From Pseudobdellovibrionaceae bacterium (GTDB lineage Bacteria > Bdellovibrionota > Bdellovibrionia > Bdellovibrionales > Bdellovibrionaceae), in NCBI GenBank assembly GCA_039810425.1, contig JBDHWW010000009.1:19446-83445 (forward strand): a DNA stretch of 64,000 nucleotides, read 5' to 3'. This document shows positions 1 to 10,089 of this stretch, one piece after another (position 1 is the stretch's first letter; the number at the start of each line of letters is the position of its first letter). A program made the position numbers and the translations under genes. The notes under the pieces are model-generated. The model was not told the origin of the DNA, ran no database searches, and worked only from the letters and a program-made list of their open reading frames with translations.

Positions 1-376
1 CGGTACGGTCTAAAATCTCTTCGATTTGCTGAATTTCTGGAGACTGGCTCTGACGGCGAAGTTTCTTTTCGTCGACCTGCGTTTGGTTAGGGTCATGAAC
101 CGCCATGCGGCTCTGAATCACTGAGCAAACAGCCTTTTGAATCTCGTCTGGATCGGCATCAAACGCATGAGTCACGGTAATCACGTTTTGAAAGTAGTGA
201 ACCTGCTTCACGCCCGGAACTTCGAAAATTCCCGCAGCCAAACGATTGTTCGCGGCCTCTTCAATCGTGGAGTAAGTCGCTTTGCCCTCGGTCAAAACCG
301 CGCGGTCCAACACAAACTTCCATGCTGCGGGATTTGGAGTCGCCTGAATTCGAATTAGTACATCTTGCGCGCTCAT
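1..376 (-). CDS. Nfu/NifU-like Fe-S carrier protein (Nfu_N domain; C-terminus lies beyond the window edge)
   Basis: Not in the ORF track. Manual translation from the ATG at 374-376 (ATGA overlap with the sufS stop) gives MSAQDVLIRIQATPNPAAWKFVL...VKQVHYFQNVITVT...IQQIEEILDRT. TPNP..KF is the Nfu_N signature and EEILDRT leads into a NifU-C domain. Confidence 0.85.
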   Translation of the reverse strand, partial: MSAQDVLIRIQATPNPAAWKFVLDRAVLTEGKATYSTIEEAANNRLAAGIFEVPGVKQVHYFQNVITVTHAFDADPDEIQKAVCSVIQSRMAVHDPNQTQVDEKKLRRQSQSPEIQQIEEILDRT

Positions 377-1599
377 TGAAATAACTCCTGAGCTTTTTTA
401 ACGGCTTTCAAAAAGCTCTCAACATCTTGCATATTATTATAAACTGAAAAAGAAGTTCTGACCGTTCCGGTAATCCCGAAACGCGCCATCAGCGGCTGGC
501 AGCAATGGTGACCTGCTCGCACCGCAATCCCCTGCTGATCCAAGACTTGGCCTACATCCGAGTGGTGTGTGCCCGCCAAAACAAAACTCAAAACAGGCCC
601 TTTATGGGGAGCCGTCCCGATAATGCGGATCCCTGGAATTTTCTGCAGACCTGCGGTGGCGGCATCTAAGAGCTGTTTTTTATGAGTTTTAATTTTATCA
701 AAACCAATAGCGCTCACGAAATCCAGAGCCGCGTTTAAAGCAATGGCACCTTCAACATTCGGGGTGCCGGCCTCGAAACGGAACGGGGCTTCATTGAACG
801 TCGTCTTTTCGAAGCTCACCTTAGAAATCATACTACCGCCGCCTTGGTACGGAGGCATTTGATCCAAAAGATCCTTCTTCCCATAGAGGACACCAATACC
901 AAACGGCGCAAAGATTTTGTGACCCGAAAAGGCAAAGAAGTCACAATCAATGTCCTGAACGTTCACCGCTTCTTGAGAAACGATCTGTGCCCCATCAATG
1001 AGGACCTTCGCACCCACCTTGTGGGCCGCGGCTGTCAGGGCTTTCATGTCGTTCACGGTACCCAATGTGTTGGAGCAAGCAGTGAACGCAAAGATCTTGG
1101 TTTTTGCGTTCAATTTCTTTTTGAAGTCTTCTAGATCAAGCTCACCGTTATCTTTCACATCAACTGCAACAACTTTGGCTTTTTTTTCTTCCGCGACAAT
1201 CTGCCAGGGAACGATATTCGCATGATGCTCCATCACAGTGACCAGAATCTCGTCGCCTTCTTTTAAGGCACTACGAGCATAGCTAAACGCCACAAGATTG
1301 ATGGCCTCAGTTGTGCCGCGAACGAACACGATTTCGTCCTGGGTTTTCGCACCCAAGAACTTCGCGACTGCAACGCGGGCATTTTCGTAGTTCTCAGTCG
1401 CCTTATCAGCGATGTGATGGGCTCCACGGTGAACGTTGGAAACTTCGTATTGGTTGAATCGGTAAATACGCGCGGCCACAACCTCCGGCTTCAGAGTGGT
1501 TGCCGCACTATCGAGGTAAATCCAGTCCTTGCCGTGCACCTTTTGAGTCAGGGCTGGAAACTGAGCGCGTACTTTTTCAAAAACCGGATCTTGCTTCAT
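373..1599 (-). CDS. sufS: SufS cysteine desulfurase
   Basis: YLDSAAT, NVHRG, FSGHK (PLP Lys) and RAGHHC motifs; position in the suf operon. Confidence 0.96.
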   Translation of the reverse strand: MKQDPVFEKVRAQFPALTQKVHGKDWIYLDSAATTLKPEVVAARIYRFNQYEVSNVHRGAHHIADKATENYENARVAVAKFLGAKTQDEIVFVRGTTEAINLVAFSYARSALKEGDEILVTVMEHHANIVPWQIVAEEKKAKVVAVDVKDNGELDLEDFKKKLNAKTKIFAFTACSNTLGTVNDMKALTAAAHKVGAKVLIDGAQIVSQEAVNVQDIDCDFFAFSGHKIFAPFGIGVLYGKKDLLDQMPPYQGGGSMISKVSFEKTTFNEAPFRFEAGTPNVEGAIALNAALDFVSAIGFDKIKTHKKQLLDAATAGLQKIPGIRIIGTAPHKGPVLSFVLAGTHHSDVGQVLDQQGIAVRAGHHCCQPLMARFGITGTVRTSFSVYNNMQDVESFLKAVKKAQELFQ

Positions 1600-1600
1600 A

Positions 1601-2872
1601 TTATGTTAATCCGACTTGGAGACCTTGAAAGGCCTCGCGAAGCTCCTTATTCAACCAATTTTGCAATTCTTCATTCTCTAATTTGTAAATCAATTCAGAC
1701 GCGTAACCAAAGCTCATCATCGGAACAGCGACGTCTGCGGAAATCGCGCGGCTCTGCAGATAGAACAGCTCTTCTGGATTGAGCTGGCCCACGGTCGAAC
1801 CGTGACCCGCTTTCACGTCATCAGCGTAGACTTGAAGCTGCGGCTTGCTGTCTGCCTCGGCTTCACGGCTCAGTAACAAATTGTTATTCAGCTGCTCAGA
1901 GTTGGCTTTCATCGCGCCCTGACGGATAATCACTTTACCGTTAAACACGGCACGCGAAGCGTCCGCCAAAATACCTTTATAGTGCTGAGATGTATTGCAA
2001 GCACCCACTTGGTGGTCAATCACGGTCGTGTTGTCGACGACTTGATTGCCTTTAGTCACGTAGACGCCGTCAAACACCCCGAAAGCCTCTGGCGCTTTCA
2101 TTTCCGCCGTCAAGCTGTGACGGGCCAGGATGCCACCCGTTGAGAACGCAAGGCTGTGTACATGAGAGGCTTTTCCCAGAGTAAAGTTCGTGCGCCCAAC
2201 ATTCACGGCCACTGCGCCTTCTGCTTGTAAGCGCACATAAATGAGCTTTGCAGACTCCGCCACGTCAACATCCACTTGAGAATTCACGAAGTAACGGACC
2301 TCTTTTTGACCGTAATATGACTCAAGATACTTGGTTGACGACATTTTACCGGCTTTGATTGTCACGCGTGGATTCACCATGACCGCCGAAGCGCCTTCAG
2401 CAGAACTATAAAACACGAAGTTCACGGTTTTATCCACAGAAATTCCTGGGAAAATCTCTAGTGTGTAGTTTTTTGTGAAGTAAGCGACATTCAGGGCTTC
2501 GAAAGAATCTCTGAAGTCCGCTGCAATCACGTCTTTACCCTCAGTGAATTGCACACCCGCAGGCAATTCATCCACAGAAGAAAGTGTCTTGTTGAACTGA
2601 CCATTGTGGAAAACGATGTTGATAAATTCAGAATTCAACTTCGCCTGAATCGCCTTCATCGTTTCGTGCGTGGGCTGGGTAGCTTCAAGGCCTGCTGGAA
2701 CGAAGCTTTCGTCGTTCAGCACCTTGAGGCTCGTGTATTTCCAGTCTTCGTCCTTGCGGGTCGGAAGACCTTTTGCATTCAAAAACTCAAACGCTTTTGC
2801 ACGCAGGGCTTGAGCTCCACCTGTCGCCGGGGTTTGGGAAGAAAATTTATCGAATTGGCTCAATAAGTTCAT
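1601..2872 (-). CDS. sufD: Fe-S cluster assembly protein SufD
   Basis: LPTRKDEDWKYT, KPQLQVYADDVKAGHGSTVG and LFYLQSR motifs; ATG at 2872 chosen as start. Confidence 0.95.
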   Translation of the reverse strand: MNLLSQFDKFSSQTPATGGAQALRAKAFEFLNAKGLPTRKDEDWKYTSLKVLNDESFVPAGLEATQPTHETMKAIQAKLNSEFINIVFHNGQFNKTLSSVDELPAGVQFTEGKDVIAADFRDSFEALNVAYFTKNYTLEIFPGISVDKTVNFVFYSSAEGASAVMVNPRVTIKAGKMSSTKYLESYYGQKEVRYFVNSQVDVDVAESAKLIYVRLQAEGAVAVNVGRTNFTLGKASHVHSLAFSTGGILARHSLTAEMKAPEAFGVFDGVYVTKGNQVVDNTTVIDHQVGACNTSQHYKGILADASRAVFNGKVIIRQGAMKANSEQLNNNLLLSREAEADSKPQLQVYADDVKAGHGSTVGQLNPEELFYLQSRAISADVAVPMMSFGYASELIYKLENEELQNWLNKELREAFQGLQVGLT

Positions 2873-2877
2873 AGTTA

Positions 2878-3630
2878 TCAACCTAACAACCAGTCATAAC
2901 CGCGTTCTTCGAGAGTTTCCGCCAGCTTGTAGTCACCTGTCTCGATAATTTTACCGTTTGCTAAAACGTGAACGAAATCAGGCTTAATGTAATGAAGAAG
3001 ACGCTGATAGTGCGTTACCAATACGATCGCATTGTCTTTGCGGCGGAGTTTATTCACACCTTCCGCCACGATACGCAGAGCATCGATATCAAGACCAGAA
3101 TCTGTTTCATCGAGCAACGCCAAGCGTGGCGCGAGGACAGCCATTTGCAGGATTTCATTACGCTTCTTCTCGCCGCCCGAGAAACCGACGTTGACTGGAC
3201 GCTCAAGGAAATCTTTCTTCATGGAAACCAGTTTCATTTTCTCTTCAACGTAGGCGCGAAAGTCGTTTTCGTTCATGGGTTCGGAACCTTGATGGGTCAA
3301 GACAGCGTTGAACGATGTGTGCAAGAAGTTGAAATTGCTGATGCCCGGGACCTCAACGGGATATTGGAATGCCAAGAACACGCCTTCTTTAGCGCGTACG
3401 TCGGGTTCCATCTCAAGCAAATTCTTCATCTGGAAGTTGATTTCATATTTAACGTCGCCGCCAGTCACCTCATAGGCCGGGTGACCGGCAAGAACTTTAG
3501 AAAGCGTCGATTTACCAGAGCCGTTCGGACCCATGATCGCATGAACTTCACCAGCTTTTACCGTGAGGTTCAGACCTTTTAGGATTTCTTTTTCTTCGAC
3601 TTTAGCTTGGAGATTTTTAATTTCTAACAT
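2878..3630 (-). CDS. sufC: Fe-S cluster assembly ATPase SufC
   Basis: GPNGSGKST Walker A, FSGGEKKRNE, LDETDSGLDIDAL. Confidence 0.97.
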   Translation of the reverse strand: MLEIKNLQAKVEEKEILKGLNLTVKAGEVHAIMGPNGSGKSTLSKVLAGHPAYEVTGGDVKYEINFQMKNLLEMEPDVRAKEGVFLAFQYPVEVPGISNFNFLHTSFNAVLTHQGSEPMNENDFRAYVEEKMKLVSMKKDFLERPVNVGFSGGEKKRNEILQMAVLAPRLALLDETDSGLDIDALRIVAEGVNKLRRKDNAIVLVTHYQRLLHYIKPDFVHVLANGKIIETGDYKLAETLEERGYDWLLG

Positions 3631-3634
3631 TTTA

Positions 3635-5083
3635 TTACCCGACCGAGTTTTCAAGTTTCATTTCGATTAGTTTCACAGCTTCAACAGAGAACTCCAAAGG
3701 AAGCTCTTTAAAGACCTCTTTACAGAAGCCATTCACCAACATAGAGATTGTTTGCTCCATATTGAGACCGCGAGATTGCAGATAAAAGATCTGATCCTCA
3801 CTGATGCGCGAAGTGGTTGCTTCATGCTCAAGTGTCGCAGACTTGTTCTTCACCTCAATATACGGAAACGTATGAGCACTGCACTGATCGCCCACAAGCA
3901 TAGAGTCACACTGCGAGTAATTACGTGCATTTTCGGCGGACGGCATAATCTTGACTTGCCCACGATAAGCATTCGACGAGTGACCTGTCGAAATACCTTT
4001 TGAGATGATCGTGCTCTTCGTATTTTTTCCGATATGAATCATCTTCGTGCCGGTATCTGCCTGCATGTAATCATGCGTGAGCGCGACAGAGTAAAACGCG
4101 CCTTCAGAAGAATCGCCTTGCAAGATCACAGAAGGGTACTTCCAAGTGATTGCAGAGCCGGACTCCACTTGCGTCCAAGAAATTTTTGAATGTTTGCCTA
4201 CGGCTTTTCCACGCTTCGTTACAAAGTTGTAGATACCACCTTTACCTTCTTTGTCGCCCGTGTACCAGTTTTGCACCGTCGAGTATTTGATCTCAGACTT
4301 TTCCATGGCGACAAGCTCAACCACGGCCGCGTGCAGTTGATTTTCGTCACGCTGGGGAGCCGTGCAGCCCTCGAGGTAGTTGACGTAACCGCCTTCGTCA
4401 CACACAAGCAGCGTACGCTCAAATTGGCCAGTGTCTTTCGCGTTGATACGGAAATAAGTCGAAAGATCAATCGGGCACCGAACGCCTTTAGGAATGTAGC
4501 AGAAAGAGCCGTCAGTGAAGACAGCCGCGTTCAAAGCGGCGTAGTAGTTATCAGTCAGAGGAACAACGGAGCCGAGATATTTTTTAACAAGATCGGGGTG
4601 TTTTTGAATGGCCTCAGAGATCGAGCAGAAGATGACGCCCGCTTTCTCCAACACCTCATTATGAGTCGTGCCAACCGACACCGAGTCAAACACCACGTCA
4701 ACGGCGATACCGGAAATACGTTTTTGCTCAGTCAACGGAATGCCGAGTTTTTCAAAAGTCTTGATCAACTCAGGATCCAGCTCGTCCATGGATTTTGGAC
4801 CGTCCGCCTTTTTCTTCGGAGCTGAATAGTAGCAAATATCTTGGAAATCAATCTTAGGGTAACTCACATGCGCCCACGCAGGCTCGGTGAGAGTGCTCCA
4901 ATAGCGGAAAGCTTTCAAACGGTAGTCGAGCATCCACTCAGGCTCGTTCTTCTTGGAAGAGATCACACGAATGACATCTTCGTTGAGTCCTTTGCCAACC
5001 GTATCCGTTTCGATATCGGTTGTGAAGCCCCACTTGTACTCTGTATCCGGCAGAGTTTGTACCGGTTTGGCCGAATCATCCAT
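3635..5083 (-). CDS. sufB: Fe-S cluster assembly protein SufB
   Basis: [37 protein letters not shown]. Confidence 0.97.
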   Translation of the reverse strand: MDDSAKPVQTLPDTEYKWGFTTDIETDTVGKGLNEDVIRVISSKKNEPEWMLDYRLKAFRYWSTLTEPAWAHVSYPKIDFQDICYYSAPKKKADGPKSMDELDPELIKTFEKLGIPLTEQKRISGIAVDVVFDSVSVGTTHNEVLEKAGVIFCSISEAIQKHPDLVKKYLGSVVPLTDNYYAALNAAVFTDGSFCYIPKGVRCPIDLSTYFRINAKDTGQFERTLLVCDEGGYVNYLEGCTAPQRDENQLHAAVVELVAMEKSEIKYSTVQNWYTGDKEGKGGIYNFVTKRGKAVGKHSKISWTQVESGSAITWKYPSVILQGDSSEGAFYSVALTHDYMQADTGTKMIHIGKNTKSTIISKGISTGHSSNAYRGQVKIMPSAENARNYSQCDSMLVGDQCSAHTFPYIEVKNKSATLEHEATTSRISEDQIFYLQSRGLNMEQTISMLVNGFCKEVFKELPLEFSVEAVKLIEMKLENSVG

Positions 5084-5540
5084 TGAGTGCCTCCTCAACG
5101 GCTGGTTTGCGCTTCACTGCTTTCGCTCCGCCCGCCGCCTCCAAGAGCAACTCTTTCAGAGTGATGTTGCCGTAAAATTCATTCAGTTTTGATTGCAAGA
5201 CCTGAACTGGAGAAGCGATATTGCAAGTACCTTGGATTTCACAAGGGCTTTCTTTGTACATGCACTTCACCATTGCCGTACGACCTTCAATGATCTCTAG
5301 AAGCTGCAGCATCGTGACCTTGCTGAGGTCCTTCGTAATTTGATACCCGCCGAAAGCTCCGTGTTCTGCACGAAGAAGGCCTTTTTGGGCCATCACTTGC
5401 ATGACTCGTGCGGTGGCATCAAACGGAGTGCTGAATTGTTCCGACACTTCTTTGGCTGATGTGAGCTCCCCCGGGATTTTTGCGCTCATGTGTTTCAATG
5501 CCATCAGGGCATATTCAAGTTTGCGATTGAGTTTGTTCAT
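5076..5540 (-). CDS. Rrf2-family transcriptional regulator (IscR/SufR-like, three Cys)
   Basis: Winged-HTH region ending in G.GGY; C-x5-C-x5-C ([14 protein letters not shown]); first gene of the suf operon. Confidence 0.9.
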   Translation of the reverse strand: MNKLNRKLEYALMALKHMSAKIPGELTSAKEVSEQFSTPFDATARVMQVMAQKGLLRAEHGAFGGYQITKDLSKVTMLQLLEIIEGRTAMVKCMYKESPCEIQGTCNIASPVQVLQSKLNEFYGNITLKELLLEAAGGAKAVKRKPAVEEALNG

Positions 5541-5591
5541 AGGTCCTATCCTCAACACTTCCAAATCGGTCATTGAGTGAAAGCGTGATGC

Positions 5592-5620
5592 AAGCTAAAT
5601 GAAAGTACTCCAAAGTGCAA
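5592..5620 (-). promoter_or_regulatory. Putative sigma70 promoter of the rrf2-suf operon
   Basis: Minus strand TTGCAC-N17-TAGCTT, about 50 bp upstream of the Rrf2 start. Confidence 0.4.
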
Positions 5621-5766
5621 GAAGGAAGTACGCCTTTTTTTAGCGTATATTACAGGTTTTTTAAGATTTTTAGAATAACTAAATATTTCGTGTATTTAAT
5701 AACATACAATGAAAGCCACGAATGGTTCCAAATTGGAGCTAATTCGGTCATAAAAAGACTTACATA

Positions 5767-6636
5767 ATGAAGATGCTTCAAAGACCCCTTCATGATAGAC
5801 CCATAAGCACTATGAGAGTTCTGTTTATCAGCATCGTTTCCATCATTGTTTTGTTTGTTGTTTTGCTAATCTCTCGCCTGTGGGGCTTGGGCCAGAAGTA
5901 CCCGGACTTCCAACATCCTTTTTTTGAAAACCTGGCGGCGCCTGCGATTGTTATCAAGGCCCAAACGGAAAAAGAACTCGACGACACGCTCAGGGCAAAA
6001 CCAGATGTATTATTTTGGTTAGATGTCGAAACCACGAGCGACAAAAAGTTGATCGTTTTCTCAATGGACTTGAATCCAAAACAAATGTCGATCGAAGCTT
6101 ATCGTGGCCCCAAACCCATGGGTTATCCGTTTCAACAGTTGAAGAACACCCACCCCGATATCCGCGAATTGCGCGATGTCATTGCAAAATACCCGGGGCA
6201 GAAATTTGTTTTAAATATTTTAGACAATGTGGAAGGTGTTCATACGGGACTTGTTGAGGCTTTAAAAGGCCTTTCGCCTGAGAAGCGCATTCTTGTGCAG
6301 TCCAATTACAACGTCATCATGACGAGCGTGAAAGAGCTCGAACCATTCTGGCTCTTTGGATGCAGCCAAGCTGATTTGATGCGCTTCCTGACATTTGAAT
6401 CCATGTGGATTTTGCCTGCGACCCCTTTTAAAGGTGACGTTTTCATTTCTCCGTTTGTTTTGCTCGGCCGCCCCGCATTTCACGAAACAGCACTTGAAGA
6501 AGTTCGCAGACGCAAAAAGAAAATTATCTTGGGCCCCGCGCTCGATAAAAAAGAATTTGATGACGCCGTACGCATGAAAGCCGACGCGATAATTATTGAG
6601 AATCTCAGTGATTATTTAGATTGGTCTAGACCATAG
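5767..6636 (+). CDS. Membrane-anchored GDPD/PLC-like TIM-barrel protein, apparently degenerate
   Basis: N-terminal TM helix; WLDVETTSDKKLIVF resembles the GDPD 'ELDV..T.DG..VV.HD' motif; C-terminal ADAIII resembles 'VDGIIT'. Confidence 0.5.
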   Translation: MKMLQRPLHDRPISTMRVLFISIVSIIVLFVVLLISRLWGLGQKYPDFQHPFFENLAAPAIVIKAQTEKELDDTLRAKPDVLFWLDVETTSDKKLIVFSMDLNPKQMSIEAYRGPKPMGYPFQQLKNTHPDIRELRDVIAKYPGQKFVLNILDNVEGVHTGLVEALKGLSPEKRILVQSNYNVIMTSVKELEPFWLFGCSQADLMRFLTFESMWILPATPFKGDVFISPFVLLGRPAFHETALEEVRRRKKKIILGPALDKKEFDDAVRMKADAIIIENLSDYLDWSRP

Positions 6637-6681
6637 TCTTGTATTCTGGGTTGCCGACTGGACGTTTTGGTTTTAGCCTTA

Positions 6682-7437
6682 ATGTCTATGAATATACCAA
6701 TTTATATGCTAGTCGAAGCCGCTCACGCCGCGTCTCCACAGGTTGCTATCAACACGAGTACGATGGATGCCCTGACCTCTGCCAGTCCCGTTGTGCAGTT
6801 AACCCTGCTTATTCTCGTTGGGCTTTCTGTTTTCTGCTGGGCGATCGCTTACACGAAATATCGCCAACTGAAACAACTCCGCGAAGCCAACGAGCACTTC
6901 ACGAATAAATTCTGGAAAGTGAGCTCCCTCGATACGCTTTACGGGGATGTCGACGAGTATCCCGCAAGCAGTATGGCGCGCATCTTCAAGTCTGCGTACC
7001 TTGAAATGAAGAAACTCGCGGACTCTCCGCTTGTGAGCAAGAACGGCGATGACAAACCTCAGTTGTCGGGTCTTGATAATTTGGAACGCTCTATCCGCAA
7101 GGCCACTGAAAATGAAATCGCTAAAATGGAAACTCGCCTGACAGTTCTTGCGACCACGGGCAGCACTGGTCCTTTCATCGGTCTCTTTGGAACTGTTTGG
7201 GGGATCATGGGATCTTTCCATAAGATCGGCGCCACTGGGAACGCAAGTTTGGCAGTGGTTGCTCCTGGAATCTCTGAGGCCCTCATCGCCACAGCGATCG
7301 GTTTGGCGGCCGCAATTCCTGCCGTGATTTTGTACAACAACTTCGTTGCACGGGTCCGCCGCGAAGAAATTGAATTGAATAATTTCAGCGCGGACTTTTT
7401 GAATATCGTAAAAAGAAACTTCTTCAAGGCCGAGTAG
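6682..7437 (+). CDS. tolQ: TolQ (MotA/TolQ/ExbB family)
   Basis: TGSTGPFIGLFGTVWGIM and VAPGISEALIATAIGL; exact start uncertain (6682 or 6688). Confidence 0.92.
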   Translation: MSMNIPIYMLVEAAHAASPQVAINTSTMDALTSASPVVQLTLLILVGLSVFCWAIAYTKYRQLKQLREANEHFTNKFWKVSSLDTLYGDVDEYPASSMARIFKSAYLEMKKLADSPLVSKNGDDKPQLSGLDNLERSIRKATENEIAKMETRLTVLATTGSTGPFIGLFGTVWGIMGSFHKIGATGNASLAVVAPGISEALIATAIGLAAAIPAVILYNNFVARVRREEIELNNFSADFLNIVKRNFFKAE

Positions 7438-7439
7438 TT

Positions 7440-7859
7440 ATGGGAATGAGTCCTGGTGGCGGCTCGAAAAGCCGCGCAACCCTCAGTGAAATCAATATCA
7501 CCCCGCTAGTTGACGTCATGCTAGTGCTGCTCATCATGTTCATGGTGACGACGCCGCTGATGCAACAAGGGATCGAAGTGGACCTGCCAAAGACCTCTTC
7601 GGCCGGGGTTGAATTGAACGATGAGCCCTTTGTTTTGGTGATTGATGCCGGCCAAAAAATGACGGCTGGTAAGCAAAACATCGTAATGGCGGATCTCCGT
7701 CCCAAAATTAAAGCCATCTTTCAAAATCGCAAGAACAAACAGGTGTACATCCAAGCTGATCGAAAAGTAGACTATGGTTTTGTGGCCGAAGCTATGGGAG
7801 AAATTCGCGCAGCCGGTGTATTTAATATCGGATTGATCACGGTACCCAAAGACAAGTGA
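7440..7859 (+). CDS. tolR: TolR (ExbD/TolR family)
   Basis: EINITPLVDVMLVLLIMFMVT motif. Confidence 0.92.
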   Translation: MGMSPGGGSKSRATLSEINITPLVDVMLVLLIMFMVTTPLMQQGIEVDLPKTSSAGVELNDEPFVLVIDAGQKMTAGKQNIVMADLRPKIKAIFQNRKNKQVYIQADRKVDYGFVAEAMGEIRAAGVFNIGLITVPKDK

Positions 7860-8659
7860 GTACTGCTAAGAAACGCCTCATTAAAGATGACGACTTACTG
7901 AAAGGCCTGCAGGTCTCTCTTGGCCTTCATGTGGCCTTAGTTGCGGTCTTTACGGTTCGCGCGGCGTTTTTTACTCCTGAAAAGATCGACTACTCGGCGG
8001 CGGTTCGCGTAGATCTCGTCGGCCTCCCGGATAAAATACAAGAGCAGCAACTTCCGCCAAAACAGGAAGACGCCCCGAAGCCCGCACCGAAAGCGGAACC
8101 GAAAGAGGCTAAAGCTGCAACGACCGAAAAGCCGGTCAAAGCATCACCCAAAAAAGACGCGGACACTGTCAATCTGAATAAAGAAAAGAATAAGCAAAAA
8201 GAGGCTCTGGAAAAGTTGAAAGCCATGGCTGCGATCGAAAAAATGAAAGAAGAAGCGGCCGATAAACAGAAAGAGTCAAAAGCTAAAATGGCTGGTGTCG
8301 GTGACACGAAATCTTCAGCCTCTAAAATCAAAGGTAATATATTGTCGCCAGGAACCGCTTTAAAAGGCCTTGATAAGCTTCAACACGATAGTTATCTTTC
8401 CACTCTTGATCATCAGATCAAACAGAATTGGTTTTTGCCTGAGTGGTTGGCGAAAAAACCTCTCCGTGCGCAAATACGCCTAAAAATAGACGAGAAAGGA
8501 CAAATCCTTTCTCGCGAAGTTGTTTTGTCCAGTGGCAACCCCAATTATGATGAACAAGCGCTGGAGGCGATTGATAAAGCTGCACCGTTTGCAGCGCCTC
8601 CGGAAAAATTTGTAAGTATCGTGGCCGTGAGCGGCCTCGTGATTGGCTTTCCTGAATAG
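7856..8659 (+). CDS. tolA: TolA/TonB-family energy transducer
   Basis: TM helix with S..LH, Lys/Ala/Glu-rich linker, C-terminal SSGN..YD..AL.AI..A.PF domain; lies between tolR and tolB. Confidence 0.85.
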   Translation: MSTAKKRLIKDDDLLKGLQVSLGLHVALVAVFTVRAAFFTPEKIDYSAAVRVDLVGLPDKIQEQQLPPKQEDAPKPAPKAEPKEAKAATTEKPVKASPKKDADTVNLNKEKNKQKEALEKLKAMAAIEKMKEEAADKQKESKAKMAGVGDTKSSASKIKGNILSPGTALKGLDKLQHDSYLSTLDHQIKQNWFLPEWLAKKPLRAQIRLKIDEKGQILSREVVLSSGNPNYDEQALEAIDKAAPFAAPPEKFVSIVAVSGLVIGFPE

Positions 8660-8676
8660 GACGGAAGGAGCATTTC

Positions 8677-10089
8677 ATGCTTAAGTTTTTGATCGTAGCT
8701 ATTGCAACCCTCTCTTGTTATGGCGCTCTCGCGCAAGAGGCCGGTCGCGAACCCTCCGCGGCACCTGCCGCCGGCGCCATTTCTTCCGACATTAAGTTGG
8801 GTGAAGCCCGTACAAAGAAAAGTCTTTTGGCTTTTCCGGCTTTGAACTACCAAGGAAGCCCATCTGGTTCCTACCAAGCGGTCGGCGCCGATTTATACAA
8901 CACAATCAACAATGATCTGACGGTTTCGGCATTTTTCCAAATGATCCCGCAGAAAGCCTTTCTCGAAGATACTTCTAAAGTGGGTCTTCGTCCCGCCCCC
9001 GGCGAAGCAAACGGTTTCAAGTTCCAAAGCTGGAGTACAATCGGTGCGGAGTTCCTCATCCGGGCGGGCTTTTTCTTGGCCGGCGGCGAAATAAACATGG
9101 AGGCTTACGTTTACCACGTTGGTAAATCCCAGCTCGTGATGGGAAAGAAGTATAAAGGCCCGATTTCAAGTACCCGTAAGTTAGCTCATACATTCTCGAA
9201 CGATGTTCTTGAAGCCCTCACGGGAAAAGCCGGCATGTTCCTTTCTAAAATCGTGGTCGGTAGTGACAAAGGCCAAGGCGACTACAAAGAAATCTTCGTT
9301 ATGGATTGGGATGGCGCAAACCCTGAGAAAATCACCAATCACAAGTCGATCTCGTTGTCTCCCGCATGGTCTCCGGATGGAAAGCGTATTGCATACACAT
9401 CTTACGTTATCCGCTCTAAGACAAAAATGCGTAATGCCGACATGTTCTTATACAATATCCAATCCGGCAAACGCGAGTTGATCTCTTTCCGCCAAGGTTT
9501 GAACTCAGGAGCCTGCTTTGCCCCGGACAACAAAACAATCTTTCTGACAATCTCTCAACAAGGCTCGCCAGATCTCTATAAAATGTCTTTTGATGGAACT
9601 CTTCGCGGTAAAATCACCAATGGCCCTAACAACGCGATGAACGTTGAGCCTGCGGTCAACCCCGATGGAAGCAAAGTGGCCTTTTCATCGGATCGCAGCG
9701 GCCGTCCGATGATTTATACCATGAATACTGACGGTTCTAACGTGAAACGCATCACTTTCGCCGGCGTTTACAACTCAACACCAGCCTGGTCTCCGGACGG
9801 CAAGAAGATTGCGTTCTCCGGGCAAAGTGAAGACCACTTTGACATCTTTGTGATGAACGCCGACGGCACGAGTATGATCCGTCTTACTTCTGCGAAGAAA
9901 ACAAACGGTGCATGGTCCACGAATGAAGATCCCAGCTTCTCTCCAGACGGCCGCTTCGTCATGTACACAAGCAACCGCACTGGCAAAAACCAGATCTATA
10001 TCTCGACGGCTGATGGCACTGAAGAGCGCCGTGTAACTTTGGATGATGCGAACTATTACAAACCAAAGTGGTCTAATAACTTTGAATAG
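8677..10089 (+). CDS. tolB: TolB periplasmic beta-propeller protein
   Basis: Signal peptide, TolB_N domain and repeated PAWSPDG (PD40) motifs. Confidence 0.93.
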   Translation: MLKFLIVAIATLSCYGALAQEAGREPSAAPAAGAISSDIKLGEARTKKSLLAFPALNYQGSPSGSYQAVGADLYNTINNDLTVSAFFQMIPQKAFLEDTSKVGLRPAPGEANGFKFQSWSTIGAEFLIRAGFFLAGGEINMEAYVYHVGKSQLVMGKKYKGPISSTRKLAHTFSNDVLEALTGKAGMFLSKIVVGSDKGQGDYKEIFVMDWDGANPEKITNHKSISLSPAWSPDGKRIAYTSYVIRSKTKMRNADMFLYNIQSGKRELISFRQGLNSGACFAPDNKTIFLTISQQGSPDLYKMSFDGTLRGKITNGPNNAMNVEPAVNPDGSKVAFSSDRSGRPMIYTMNTDGSNVKRITFAGVYNSTPAWSPDGKKIAFSGQSEDHFDIFVMNADGTSMIRLTSAKKTNGAWSTNEDPSFSPDGRFVMYTSNRTGKNQIYISTADGTEERRVTLDDANYYKPKWSNNFE

